From NCBI GenBank assembly GCA_963667465.2, contig CAXXDN010000002.1:1632001-1696000 (forward strand): a stretch of DNA of 64,000 bases. The letters run 5' to 3'. Within the stretch, counting starts at the first letter, position 1. The number at the start of each line of letters is the position of its first letter. This document shows, in pieces, positions 39,887 to 49,119 of the stretch. The DNA is from Dehalococcoidia bacterium. Lineage in GTDB: Bacteria; Chloroflexota; Dehalococcoidia; UBA2979. The notes under the pieces are model-generated. The model searched no databases, had not been told where the DNA came from, and saw only the letters and a list, made by a program, of their open reading frames with translations. A program made the position numbers and the translations under genes.

Positions 39887-40276
39887 GTGCTGCGCGGCGT
39901 CCTCTTGGCGTTCGGCGCCGCCACACTGATCGGGCTGACGCTTGCGCTGCCCGCGCGACTGACGGATGCCGACGCGCAGGGCAGCACGGCACCTGCCTAC
40001 GAGATCGACGTGTTGCCTGGGGTCGCCGACGGCGACCCCACGAACGCCAAGCGCTGGAGCATCGACGCAGCGGGCAACGCAACCGGCTTGACGCTGCTCG
40101 CGAACCATGCGCTGCCGGGGCTCGGTCCCAGCTTACCGAGATGCCAAGCCGCTCAGACGCTCACCGACCGGCGCGAGGCGGACCGTCGCCCGAGGCCGTT
40201 CTCGTTCAGAGAACACATGGCCTCGACCAGACCGGTCTCAATGACCGTGCCTTCGCAGTGCCGGCCCGGAGGATGA
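39887..40276 (+). pseudogene. third truncated secreted partner ORF (YEIDVLPG)
   Basis: Starts 4 nt after the large gene's stop; signal peptide ending ADA-Q; AYEIDVLPGV; the tail looks non-coding. Confidence 0.5.
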
Positions 40277-40390
40277 CCTGGCGGCCGGGGTTGGCGGCAG
40301 TAACGCCCCGCACGGATTGCGGCTATACTACGGTCGTGGTGGGGAAACTCGGAGCTGACTGTGGGCTCTTCGCCGCCACACCCTACGAAA

Positions 40391-43300
40391 ATGGGGATGC
40401 CCGTTCGTCGAACGCGGGTGCAGGCGCGGCGAGCGCGTCACATCCGTAAACGGCCGGGCGCCGTTGGCCTCCTCGCCGTGGTCATTGGTCTGTATCTGAC
40501 TCTGGGACCTGCGCCACACGCCCCCGCCGTCGCCCACGCCGAGTTCGATGGGGCCGCTGGAGCGCGAGGCAGCGAGCTGTGGTCCGCAAGCATGCGGGCG
40601 GGCGTCGACCGCGTCCTCGGGGGCTACAGCACCCTGCCGGAGCGCAGCTTCGGCCGCCTCACGAACGATACGTTCTCGTACCGAGGCGTCACCTACACCG
40701 TCACGAACATCGCCCAGAACCGCTCACGCGATGAGGCCGGTGCCTGGCGCGTGTTGATCGCGTTCGCGCCGGCGCTCGGCGACGGGGCCGAGCGCCTGAC
40801 GCTGCGCCTCGGGGACGTGTGGCTGAATCTCGCGGACGCGCGCGGCGGCGGCCGGCAAATCTTCAGCTGGACCGGGGCGGAACCCGGCTGGCGCAGCGGC
40901 GCTACCGTTTCCGTCTCCCTGCGCGAGTTCCCCCCGGCGTTCGAGCCGCGGTCGATCGACGGCTGGGGCAACAACCGCGGCGACCCGGAGCTCGGCACGG
41001 CGCACGCGCGGCTCCTCCGGGTGGCCGACGTCTCCGTGGCGTACGGCCTGACTGGCGTTCCGCCATCCGGCCTGCCGGAGCCACGCGCCATCAGCAATAT
41101 CCTCGCGGCCCAGGCCGGACCCGTCCCAAGCGCCGCGGGGCTCACGAACATGGTGTGGCAGTGGGGCCAGTTCCTGGACCACGACCTCAGCCTCACCCCG
41201 GAGGCGAGCCCGCCCGAGCCGCTGCCGATCGCCATCCCCCGGGAGGATCCGTTGTTCGATCGCCTCGGCGGCGTCCTCACGATGCCGTTCAATCGCTCCG
41301 CGTTCGACCCGGCCACGGGCACGGGGCCGGACAACCCGAGGGCGCAGATCAACGCGGTAACGGCGTTCATCGACGCCTCCAACGTCTACGGCTCCGACCA
41401 GGCGCGCACGCGCGCCCTCCGCACGAACGACGGCACCGGCAGGCTCCGGGCCTCCAGCGCCGGCCGGCTGCTGCCCTACAACGAGGACCGGCTCCCGAAC
41501 GACCCCGGCAATACCCGCCGGACCACGTCGCTCTACCTCGCCGGGGACATCCGGGTGAACGAGCAGGTCGGCTTGACCGCGCTGCACACCGTGTTCCTGA
41601 GGGAGCACAACCGGCTCGCCGGGATGATCGCATCCGCGAACCCCGAGCTGGGCGGCCAGCAGATCTTCGAGCTGGCCCGCAAGATCGTCGGCGCGCTCAT
41701 CCAGGCCATCACTTACAACGAGTTCCTGCCGCTGCTGCTCGGCCCGGACGCCCTCGCTCCCTACGGCGGCTACGATCCGGGCGTCGACCCGGGCATCGCA
41801 ACCGAGTTCTCGACGGCGGCGTTCCGCTTCGGCCACACGATGCTGTCGCCCACCCTCCTGCACATCGACGGGGCGGGGCACAGGCGCGACTTCTCGCTGG
41901 CGGAGGTCTTCTTCAACCCGGCGCTGGTCGAGGAGCACGGCGTCTCCGGCTTCCTCCGGGGCCTCGCCGCCGCGCCCGCGCAGGAGATCGACCTGCTGCT
42001 CGTCGACGAGGTGCGCAGCATGCTCTTCGGCGCGCCGGGAGGCCCGCTGCGCGACCTCGCGGCGCTGAACATCCAGCGCAACCGCGACCACGGACTCCCG
42101 GACTACAACTCGGCCCGCAGCGCCTACGGCCTGCCGCCGGCCCAGACCCTTGCCGATGTCTCATCCGCCCCCGGGGTGCAGGACGCGCTGCAGCGGGCCT
42201 ACCGCTCGATCGACGGGCTCGATCTCTGGGCGGGCGGGCTGGCCGAGGACCACGTGCCGGGCGCGATGCTGGGCGAAACCTTCCGCACGATCCTCGTCGA
42301 CCAGTTTCGCCGCCTGCGCGACGGGGACCGCTACTGGTACGAGCGCGACCCCTACTTCCTCGCCAACCCCGGCCTGCTCGCCGAGTTGCAAACCACGACC
42401 CTCGCCGCGCTGATCCGCCGCAACACGCCGATCGAGGACGAGCTTCCCGACCGCGTCTTCGGCGGCCCGCCCCCCGCGGTCGCGGCCGGGGACGAGGCGA
42501 GCGCCGGCGGGGCCGCGCAGCCGGCCACGCAGGAGCTCCCCGGGCCGCAGATCGTCGCATTGTTCGGCTACCCCGGCGCGCCGGAACTGGGCGTGCTCGG
42601 CACGGCGACGCCGGCCGCGATCGCCGCCCAGGCGTCCGCGTGGGCCAGGGTCCACGACGAGCACAACGGCGAGCGTGGCGTCGTCCCCGCCTACCACCTC
42701 GTCGCCGGCGTCGCACAGGCCGAGCCCACGCCCGACGGAACCTGGCTGGGCCGGCTCGCCGACGACGAAATCGCGCGCTACGTCGAGGCCGCCCGCGAGC
42801 ACGGACTGCTGCTCTTCCTCGACGTCCAGATCGGCTGGAGCGATCCGCTCGCCGAGGCGCGGCTGCTCGAACCCTTCCTGCGCGAGCCCTTCGTGCACCT
42901 CGCCCTCGACCCCGAGTTCGCGACGCGGCGCCTCGGGGTGCGCCCCGGGCTCGCCGCCGGCTCGATCACGGCGGAGCAGGTGAACGCGGTCCAGCGCTAC
43001 CTCGCCGCGCTCGTGCGCGACGGCGGCCTGCCCCCAAAGATCCTGATCGTGCACCAGTCCGGGGAAGGTATGATCGAGCGCCGCAGCGAGATCGACGATC
43101 TCGCCAACGTCGTGCTCTCGATCAGCATGGACGGCCCTGGCGCCGTCGAGGACAAGCTCGCGGGCTACGAGCGCTTCGCGCTCCCCGAGCCCTCCGAGCG
43201 TCCGGCCCTCAAGCTCCTCTTCGAAAGCGACACGCCGGTCATGGGCCCGCCGGACGTGCAGCGCCTCGACCGCCCGCCCGGCATCATCATCTACCAGTAG
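40391..43300 (+). CDS. secreted heme peroxidase (peroxidase-cyclooxygenase superfamily) with extra N- and C-terminal domains
   Basis: RSIDGWGNN, WGQFLDHD, FIDASNVYG, GDIRVNEQ, AFRFGH, NIQRNRDHG, RDGDRYWYE. Start uncertain (40361-40418). Confidence 0.88.
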   Translation: MGMPVRRTRVQARRARHIRKRPGAVGLLAVVIGLYLTLGPAPHAPAVAHAEFDGAAGARGSELWSASMRAGVDRVLGGYSTLPERSFGRLTNDTFSYRGVTYTVTNIAQNRSRDEAGAWRVLIAFAPALGDGAERLTLRLGDVWLNLADARGGGRQIFSWTGAEPGWRSGATVSVSLREFPPAFEPRSIDGWGNNRGDPELGTAHARLLRVADVSVAYGLTGVPPSGLPEPRAISNILAAQAGPVPSAAGLTNMVWQWGQFLDHDLSLTPEASPPEPLPIAIPREDPLFDRLGGVLTMPFNRSAFDPATGTGPDNPRAQINAVTAFIDASNVYGSDQARTRALRTNDGTGRLRASSAGRLLPYNEDRLPNDPGNTRRTTSLYLAGDIRVNEQVGLTALHTVFLREHNRLAGMIASANPELGGQQIFELARKIVGALIQAITYNEFLPLLLGPDALAPYGGYDPGVDPGIATEFSTAAFRFGHTMLSPTLLHIDGAGHRRDFSLAEVFFNPALVEEHGVSGFLRGLAAAPAQEIDLLLVDEVRSMLFGAPGGPLRDLAALNIQRNRDHGLPDYNSARSAYGLPPAQTLADVSSAPGVQDALQRAYRSIDGLDLWAGGLAEDHVPGAMLGETFRTILVDQFRRLRDGDRYWYERDPYFLANPGLLAELQTTTLAALIRRNTPIEDELPDRVFGGPPPAVAAGDEASAGGAAQPATQELPGPQIVALFGYPGAPELGVLGTATPAAIAAQASAWARVHDEHNGERGVVPAYHLVAGVAQAEPTPDGTWLGRLADDEIARYVEAAREHGLLLFLDVQIGWSDPLAEARLLEPFLREPFVHLALDPEFATRRLGVRPGLAAGSITAEQVNAVQRYLAALVRDGGLPPKILIVHQSGEGMIERRSEIDDLANVVLSISMDGPGAVEDKLAGYERFALPEPSERPALKLLFESDTPVMGPPDVQRLDRPPGIIIYQ

Positions 43301-43394
43301 CGCCCGTGGCGAGCGCTCGCCCATATGCAGCTGCCACCTCCTGGCCGCTGGCTGGGGACTCATGGAATCGTTGACCCATCGACACTGTTCTGGC

Positions 43395-44663
43395 TCACTT
43401 TCCGGGCGCTGTTGACGCCGCGAGCTTCTTCACAACCATTTCCGCAATCTCTTCTATCGTGAGTTCATGAGCTGACACGTATCCAAGAGTGGGTGCCAAA
43501 CCGGAGAGATCAGCCTGCTCAACAACGATCGGCAGGATGTACTCGTCGCGCTGCTCGACCGAGCGGGCGATGGCGCTCCTGCGCTCGTGCGTCGTCCACA
43601 TCCGGTCGCGGTACGCCTCAGAGACAAACATGACGCAGTACCGCGCGCGCCTCCGGTAGATGTCATCGAAGAACTCAGCGAGGTTCTTTCCCCAAAGTTG
43701 AGCACCGAAGAACGCGTCGTAGAAGACATTCACGCCACGGTCACGGAGGCAGAGGGCCAACTCTTCAGCACGTTCGCGCTCGGTCCCCGCGAAAGAGATG
43801 GCTACCTCGTAGTGCTCGGCGTCTTCCTTCGTGCCACTGTGCCTGCGACCGGCGGGAGCTTTGGGGATCCGCACTGGCCCACTATTGCTCGTGCTTGCCT
43901 GTAGGAAACCAAGCCCGAACGGGCGAAGCAGCTTCTCAGCTCGCAGCAAGTCTTCGATGCCGCTCGCAAAATGCTCTGGGTGCGCGTCGAACCATCCATG
44001 GACCTTGTTGTTGTTCCCCAAGAACGCGTCACCCCGCGTATCACGCCGCACGTGCCTCCACCTGCAGGGCTCGAAGTTGAAGTCGATGCACTGCTCTGAG
44101 GTACACAAACCCAGGAACTCGAGGACAGATTGCATCTCAGGCGATGGTGGTTGCTCCTTTGCCCGATAGTGGGTCGTCCATCCCTCACTGCTGCCTTGCT
44201 CCAACCAAGAGAAGACGAACTCGAAGTGCCCGTCACCCGACTCCTTCATGCGTTCTTGGTTCGTGCCTTTATGACCATCGCCGCCACGTGTCCAAGCCTT
44301 TGCTGGGAAATCCCGACTCTCAAGATAGAAACCGCACCGCTCGAGATGGCGACTGGCATCGCGCAGCGCGTCGAAAGCCAGGCCGAATGCATCCGCGAAT
44401 GCCTCAGCGTCTAAGCTCGCTTCTACAGCAAGGCAGTAGGCTTCGTCGCCCGAAGCGAACGGGCAATCCTTCAGTCGGAAGCCGAGTTGCTCCAAGAAGT
44501 CCTGCTGGCGGACTCCGCTCAGGAAGTACGAAGTGACCGACGAGTGAAGCCCGTAGTCTATCTGATCCCGGCCGTGCGTCACCTTCGCGAGCGTGAACTG
44601 AACCCCGCCGCCCGTGTGGGGCGTGAGAACCTCAGTCTGGAGGCCGGAGTGTATGTCGGGCAT
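43395..44663 (-). CDS. TIR-domain protein with an uncharacterised N-terminal region
   Basis: C-terminal YEVAISFAG...VFYD...LWGKNL...CVMFVS..Y...WTTHE...YILPI. Visibly lower GC than the flanks. Confidence 0.85.
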   Translation of the reverse strand: MPDIHSGLQTEVLTPHTGGGVQFTLAKVTHGRDQIDYGLHSSVTSYFLSGVRQQDFLEQLGFRLKDCPFASGDEAYCLAVEASLDAEAFADAFGLAFDALRDASRHLERCGFYLESRDFPAKAWTRGGDGHKGTNQERMKESGDGHFEFVFSWLEQGSSEGWTTHYRAKEQPPSPEMQSVLEFLGLCTSEQCIDFNFEPCRWRHVRRDTRGDAFLGNNNKVHGWFDAHPEHFASGIEDLLRAEKLLRPFGLGFLQASTSNSGPVRIPKAPAGRRHSGTKEDAEHYEVAISFAGTERERAEELALCLRDRGVNVFYDAFFGAQLWGKNLAEFFDDIYRRRARYCVMFVSEAYRDRMWTTHERRSAIARSVEQRDEYILPIVVEQADLSGLAPTLGYVSAHELTIEEIAEMVVKKLAASTAPGK

Positions 44664-44759
44664 CTGCAACTCCCTGGCGGGGAGACGTTCCGAGGATACG
44701 GCAAGAGCGCGTTCGATCCGCAATCGTGCGGATGCGCCTGCTCACGGACGGAAGGCAGG

Positions 44760-45856
44760 CAGTTGGGTCCCGAGCACCTCGACGGCCCCTCGCCGATCCG
44801 ATCCCCCGCCGGTGGCCCCGGCACAGGCTCTAAGCGGGTCTGGAAGCGCAGGCGGTCGCCCTCGCGGTGGACGTACCAGAGCGACTCCTCCAGCGTCCTC
44901 AGCACTTCCGTGACGTACTCGGGACCGAGGTTCGGCGCGGCCGATCCGAGGTGGAGTTCCTGAGTGGTTGCGCCGCTCTGAGTAAGCCCGCCGAACGAGT
45001 GCGCGAGCAAGGTCGTGGCTACTCCGCGTGCGACGCCGAGCCTGGCGTAGTCGCCGCCTCGGCGTTCATCGTCCCGGTTCGCGTGGCCATCGCCGCCAAT
45101 GATGTCGGCGGCCACGACGCCGTCGAAACCGCCGCCGGCGCCGGCTGCGCTTACAATCCGTGTACGGATGCGCTCACGCTCAAGATCGATGTGTGCCGAC
45201 TGCTCAAGCCCGGGCAGGATGTGGTCCTGAATGGCCAAATCGACGGACGCGACCACCTGGTCGTTCTCGACCCAGACGTTCTGTCCGAAGCCGCTGGAGA
45301 CCGACTCGCCGGCAACCAGCGTGAACCGCTCGCGGAATCGCTCCCACATCTCCCGCCGCCACTGGTCCGTCAGGGCCTTCGGGCAGAGCACCAGGACACG
45401 TGAAACATCGCCGCGCTGCATCAGCTCCCGGAGGAGGAGGCCCGCCATGATCGTCTTACCGGCGCCGGGGTCGTCCGCGAGCAGGAAGCGGATGCGCGGC
45501 AGCGGCAGCATGTGCTTGTAGACCGCGTCGAGCTGGTGGGGCAGCGGGTCGACCTGCGAGACGGACACCGCGAACTGTGGGTCGAAGGCGTGAGCCAGGT
45601 GCGTGCGAAGCGCCTCGACCGCGAGCCGGAAGAGTACGGGCTCCGCGTCGAAGGTGTGGCGCCCTCCAGTGACTGTGGTGACCTCGCGCTCGAACTGCTC
45701 GCGCGAGATCGTCCGGTCGTAGTGCTGGGCCGACTCGGTACCGACGGCCTCGATGCGTACCGAGGTGTCGAGGTCCCGCACGTTGAGGACGCGCAGCGGC
45801 TCGGGCCAGAACGGCCCTTCGATGATCGTGCCCATCGAAAGCTGCGTGTTCAGCAT
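44760..45856 (-). pseudogene. deletion chimera: SNF2-helicase N-terminus fused to a DUF499-like ATPase fragment
   Basis: GPFWPEP, DPLPHQLDAVY, RFLLADDPGAGKTIMAG. The helicase stops before the DEAH motif at about 45200 and continues as ARGVATTLLAHSFGG...LWYVH..GDRLRF. Confidence 0.7.
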
Positions 45857-45898
45857 CAGGGGCGATTGTAGGACGCGTGGGCTGACAGCGCGCTCGCC

Positions 45899-46300
45899 TA
45901 GGGCCTGTTCACGTTAGCTGGAGGGCGTCGTAGACGAGGGCGAGGTGGATGAAGGCGAGGAAGACACAGTCCAGCTTGTCGTAGCGGGTGGCGATACGCC
46001 GGAAGCGCTTGAGTCGACGGAAGAAGCGTTCGACCTCGTTGCGGCGACGGTAGAGGACGCGGTTGTACTGCCAGGGCTGGGCCCGGGTGCGCATCGGCGG
46101 CACCTCCGGGCAGTAGCCCAGTTCCTCGGCAAGGGCCCGTGTCTTGTCGCCCTCGTAGGCACGATCCATCAGCAATGCCGGGCTCCCTGACTGTGGACCA
46201 CGCCGACGCAATAACTCCCGTCCCCAGGGGGCGTCGTGGGCTTGTCCGGGCGAGAGCACCAGCCTCAGGACCGTGCGGTCGTCGGCCACGACTGTGGGGT
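45899..46300 (-). mobile_element. IS5-family transposase remnant (C-terminal half and right end)
   Basis: LSPGQAHD, MDRAYEGD, YRRRNEVERFFRRLKRFRRIATRYDKL. Ends GTGAACAGGCCCTA. Confidence 0.85.
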
Positions 46301-46404
46301 GGCCGTTTGGGCCAATACCTACCCCATTGCCTCCACTTACGTTCGGACGGCTGTAGTTCCTAGGTGACCGTCCGCGGGCCGGTACTCCTCGAAGACCTCG
46401 CGGC

Positions 46405-47703
46405 CTACTCGCAGACCTCCACGACCGCCTTCTCGAGGATCGTCACCGCCTCGTCGATCTGGTCCTCGGTCGTGCTCGCCGGCGGCACGAAGCGCAAGAC
46501 CGAACCCTCCCGTCGCAGGCTGAAGATCAGCCCGTCCTCCAGGCAGCGTTGGGCAATGGCGCGCCCTTCCGAGGTCGCCGGCTCCTTCGTCCCGCGACTA
46601 CGGACAAGCTCCACCCCCAGCAGCAGTCCCCGACCGCGCACGTCGCCGATCACCTCGAAGCGCTCCGCCAGCGCCCGCAGCTTCGACTTCAGGCGACCGC
46701 CAAGCCGCCTCGCGGTGCCTGCCAGCCCCTCCCCTTCGAGTACGTCCAGCGTTGCCCGCCCGGCTGCGCAGGCGAGCGGGTCGTTCGAGTGCGAATGCGT
46801 AACGATGAATTCGTCGGCGACGACGCGCTCCTCGATCTCCGCCGATGTGCTCACCGACGAAAGGCAGACGCCGCCGCCGAAGTGCTTTGCCAGTGTGAGG
46901 ATGTCCGGTACGACCCCTTCCTGCTCGAACGCGAAGGTGTCGCCCGTCTTGCCCAGTCCTGTCTGTTCTTCGTCGAGGATCAGCAGCATGTCGCGCTCGC
47001 GGCAGCGCGCTTTGAGCTCGGGCAGCCAGCCCTCTGGCGGTTCGATGACCCCGCCGGCGGAGAAGATCGGCTCGGTCAGCACAGCCGCAGGCCGCGACGT
47101 TGTCTGCGCGTCGATCAGCTCGAACGAAGCGTCCAGGCAGGCGAGACCGCATGAATCGGGCTCGAGAGCGATCGGACAGCGGTAGCAGTACGGCGCGAGC
47201 ATCGCCATCAGGCCCGGCTGCGGAGGGCCGTATCCCCGGTGCCATCCGGCGAACGTGAGCCCCCTCGTTGTGTCCGACATCCCGTGGAAGGACACATGCG
47301 GACTGGCCACTTCGAACCCGCCCGTGTACTTCCGTGCGATCGCGATTGCCGCCTCGTTGGCGTCCGCACCCGACTGCAGGAACAGGCTCTTGCGAAGGGG
47401 ACTCGGGAGGAGCCCTGCCAGCCGTTCGGCCAGCCGGATCTCCTGGTCGTTGTAGTAGCTGCTGTGCGCGTGGATCAGCCGCGCGCAGGCCTCGGCCACG
47501 GCTTCGACGATCGCCGGGTGGTTGTGCCCCAGCCAGGCGCACATCTGCCCGGAGTTGAAATCCAGGTAGCGCTTGCCGTTGACATCCTCGACCTCGGAGC
47601 CCGACCCGCGTACGAAGATCGGCCCCGAATCCGATGCGTCCATCCGCCCGCCGAAGCTGAACCGTCGTGCCGCCTCAAGGAGGTCCTGCCCGGAATCACT
47701 CAT
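46405..47703 (-). CDS. class III PLP aminotransferase (2,2-dialkylglycine decarboxylase-like)
   Basis: YLDFNSGQMCAWLGH, EPIFSAGGVIE, LILDEEQTGLG, PDILTLAKHFGGG. Confidence 0.85.
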   Translation of the reverse strand: MSDSGQDLLEAARRFSFGGRMDASDSGPIFVRGSGSEVEDVNGKRYLDFNSGQMCAWLGHNHPAIVEAVAEACARLIHAHSSYYNDQEIRLAERLAGLLPSPLRKSLFLQSGADANEAAIAIARKYTGGFEVASPHVSFHGMSDTTRGLTFAGWHRGYGPPQPGLMAMLAPYCYRCPIALEPDSCGLACLDASFELIDAQTTSRPAAVLTEPIFSAGGVIEPPEGWLPELKARCRERDMLLILDEEQTGLGKTGDTFAFEQEGVVPDILTLAKHFGGGVCLSSVSTSAEIEERVVADEFIVTHSHSNDPLACAAGRATLDVLEGEGLAGTARRLGGRLKSKLRALAERFEVIGDVRGRGLLLGVELVRSRGTKEPATSEGRAIAQRCLEDGLIFSLRREGSVLRFVPPASTTEDQIDEAVTILEKAVVEVCE

Positions 47704-47919
47704 CACCGCCCCCTGTCGCCGTTTGGCTGGGGGCCAGCGTACCGCACCTACGCGGACCCACCGACGAGCGCATGGCTCAAGCTGTGGGCCACGATGCTGC
47801 GGGACTTCTCCGCTGAGCTCGACGGTGAGGGACCGCATGCTCCCCCCGCAGCCGACGCCCAGGAGTAGAATGGAGCGGAAGGATACAGAACATGAGAGCG
47901 ATCATTTACCTCCGGGTCT

Positions 47920-48299
47920 CGACCGACATGCACGACCACCCAGATCATGTCCTCGTAGAAGATCTCCCGGCTGAGCAGTTCCAGATCGCCGAGCGGAGAG
48001 TGCTGGAACTCGATCACCAGATCGCTCGGCGTCTTTAGGTCGGCAATGTGCTTCTCACCTGTCCGGTCGTCGATTTGCACGATCTCCCGCCAAGCCTCGG
48101 GGAACCGGCCCTTCCACTCCCGGTGCCATTTCGTCTCGCCGCCCCACCAGGGCTCGCAACTGGTCCGGGGCCAGTGCGCCCAATGCCACATCTTGATGCG
48201 CCCGCACTTCGCGATCATTGCGGCACCGCAGCACTGGCAGACGCCTCGCCTTCCCGTGGTTGGCTTCCGTCTCTCTCCGTCCACCAAGGCGAACTCCAT
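47920..48299 (-). pseudogene. CoiA-like competence nuclease fragment
   Basis: CQCCG..MIAKCG...WHWAH, ETKWHREWK, HIAD, IEFQHS, R..FY..MIWVV, then unrelated sequence. Confidence 0.7.
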
Positions 48300-48535
48300 A
48301 GTTCCTCCGCGGGTGTCGGGGGCGTACCTAAGGCCTCACTAACCTGTCGTGGGTGGTGATCCGCTGGGCCAACGCCGCGAGGACCGCAGGATAGTCGCCA
48401 TTTCCGGTCGAGGACAGTCACAGCGCCACGGGGCTCGGGTCGACCTCAGGCTCATCGATCTTGAGGCCTGTAGGGCAGGCCGGGCGTCTGCTAGGTCGGG
48501 CGGATCTGCCATTCCGTCGGCGAAGCGGGCGAGAC

Positions 48536-48877
48536 CTACACGGCCTCGGGCTGTAGGGCCGAAACCTCGATCTCGACCAACTCGAACCGCGTCGAGAGCG
48601 TCGGCGGGGCGTCGCCGTATGTGGCCAGCAACTCCTCATCTGCATCGGAGAGGGCCTGGCTGTGGTACGCGATGGCGTCATCGATGGACATGTTGGGCTC
48701 CGGTACTGGGTCGCCGTCCTCGATCAGGGCCTCGATATGGAAGGCAAGCGCCTCGCGGATCATCGCGAGCATCTCATCCGGGGTGTCAGCCGTGCTGATG
48801 CAGCCCGGCACGTCCGGCGCGTAGGCGCCGTAGTTATTTGGGGTCTGCTCAATGACCACGGCGTAGGTCAGCTTCAT
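48536..48877 (-). CDS. hicB: HicB-family antitoxin
   Basis: YAVVIE...YGAYAPDVPGCISTADT..E...IREALAFHIE. ATGA overlap with hicA. Confidence 0.88.
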   Translation of the reverse strand: MKLTYAVVIEQTPNNYGAYAPDVPGCISTADTPDEMLAMIREALAFHIEALIEDGDPVPEPNMSIDDAIAYHSQALSDADEELLATYGDAPPTLSTRFELVEIEVSALQPEAV

Positions 48878-49071
48878 CGTGCTCTCCTGAGGCCTGCCTG
48901 TCTCTGGATGTTGAGCCATGTACCCCTCGGAATCTCATCCCCCATCTTGCCCGGAATGGTGACCTTGCCGAGCTTCTCGGGGTGGCGGAAGTGACGGTGG
49001 CTGCCCCGTGTCCCCACATGGTACCAGCCGTCGCGCTCCACTATCCGGATCGCTTCGCGCACCTTCGGCAT
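48874..49071 (-). CDS. hicA: HicA-family mRNA interferase toxin
   Basis: DGWY...RGSHRHFRHP.K.GKVTIPG....I..GT. Confidence 0.9.
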   Translation of the reverse strand: MPKVREAIRIVERDGWYHVGTRGSHRHFRHPEKLGKVTIPGKMGDEIPRGTWLNIQRQAGLRRAR

Positions 49072-49119
49072 GGCTCAGGCAACTCGCTTCATGCAGCTCG
49101 ATGCTTCCCAGCCATGGCG

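Noticed and set aside
40819-43374. 851-aa ORF overlapping the peroxidase
   Set aside because: Arg/Pro-rich off-frame shadow with no motifs.
43395-44663. Thoeris, CBASS or Pycsar system
   Set aside because: No ThsA-like effector, cyclase or STING-like partner is adjacent to the TIR gene.
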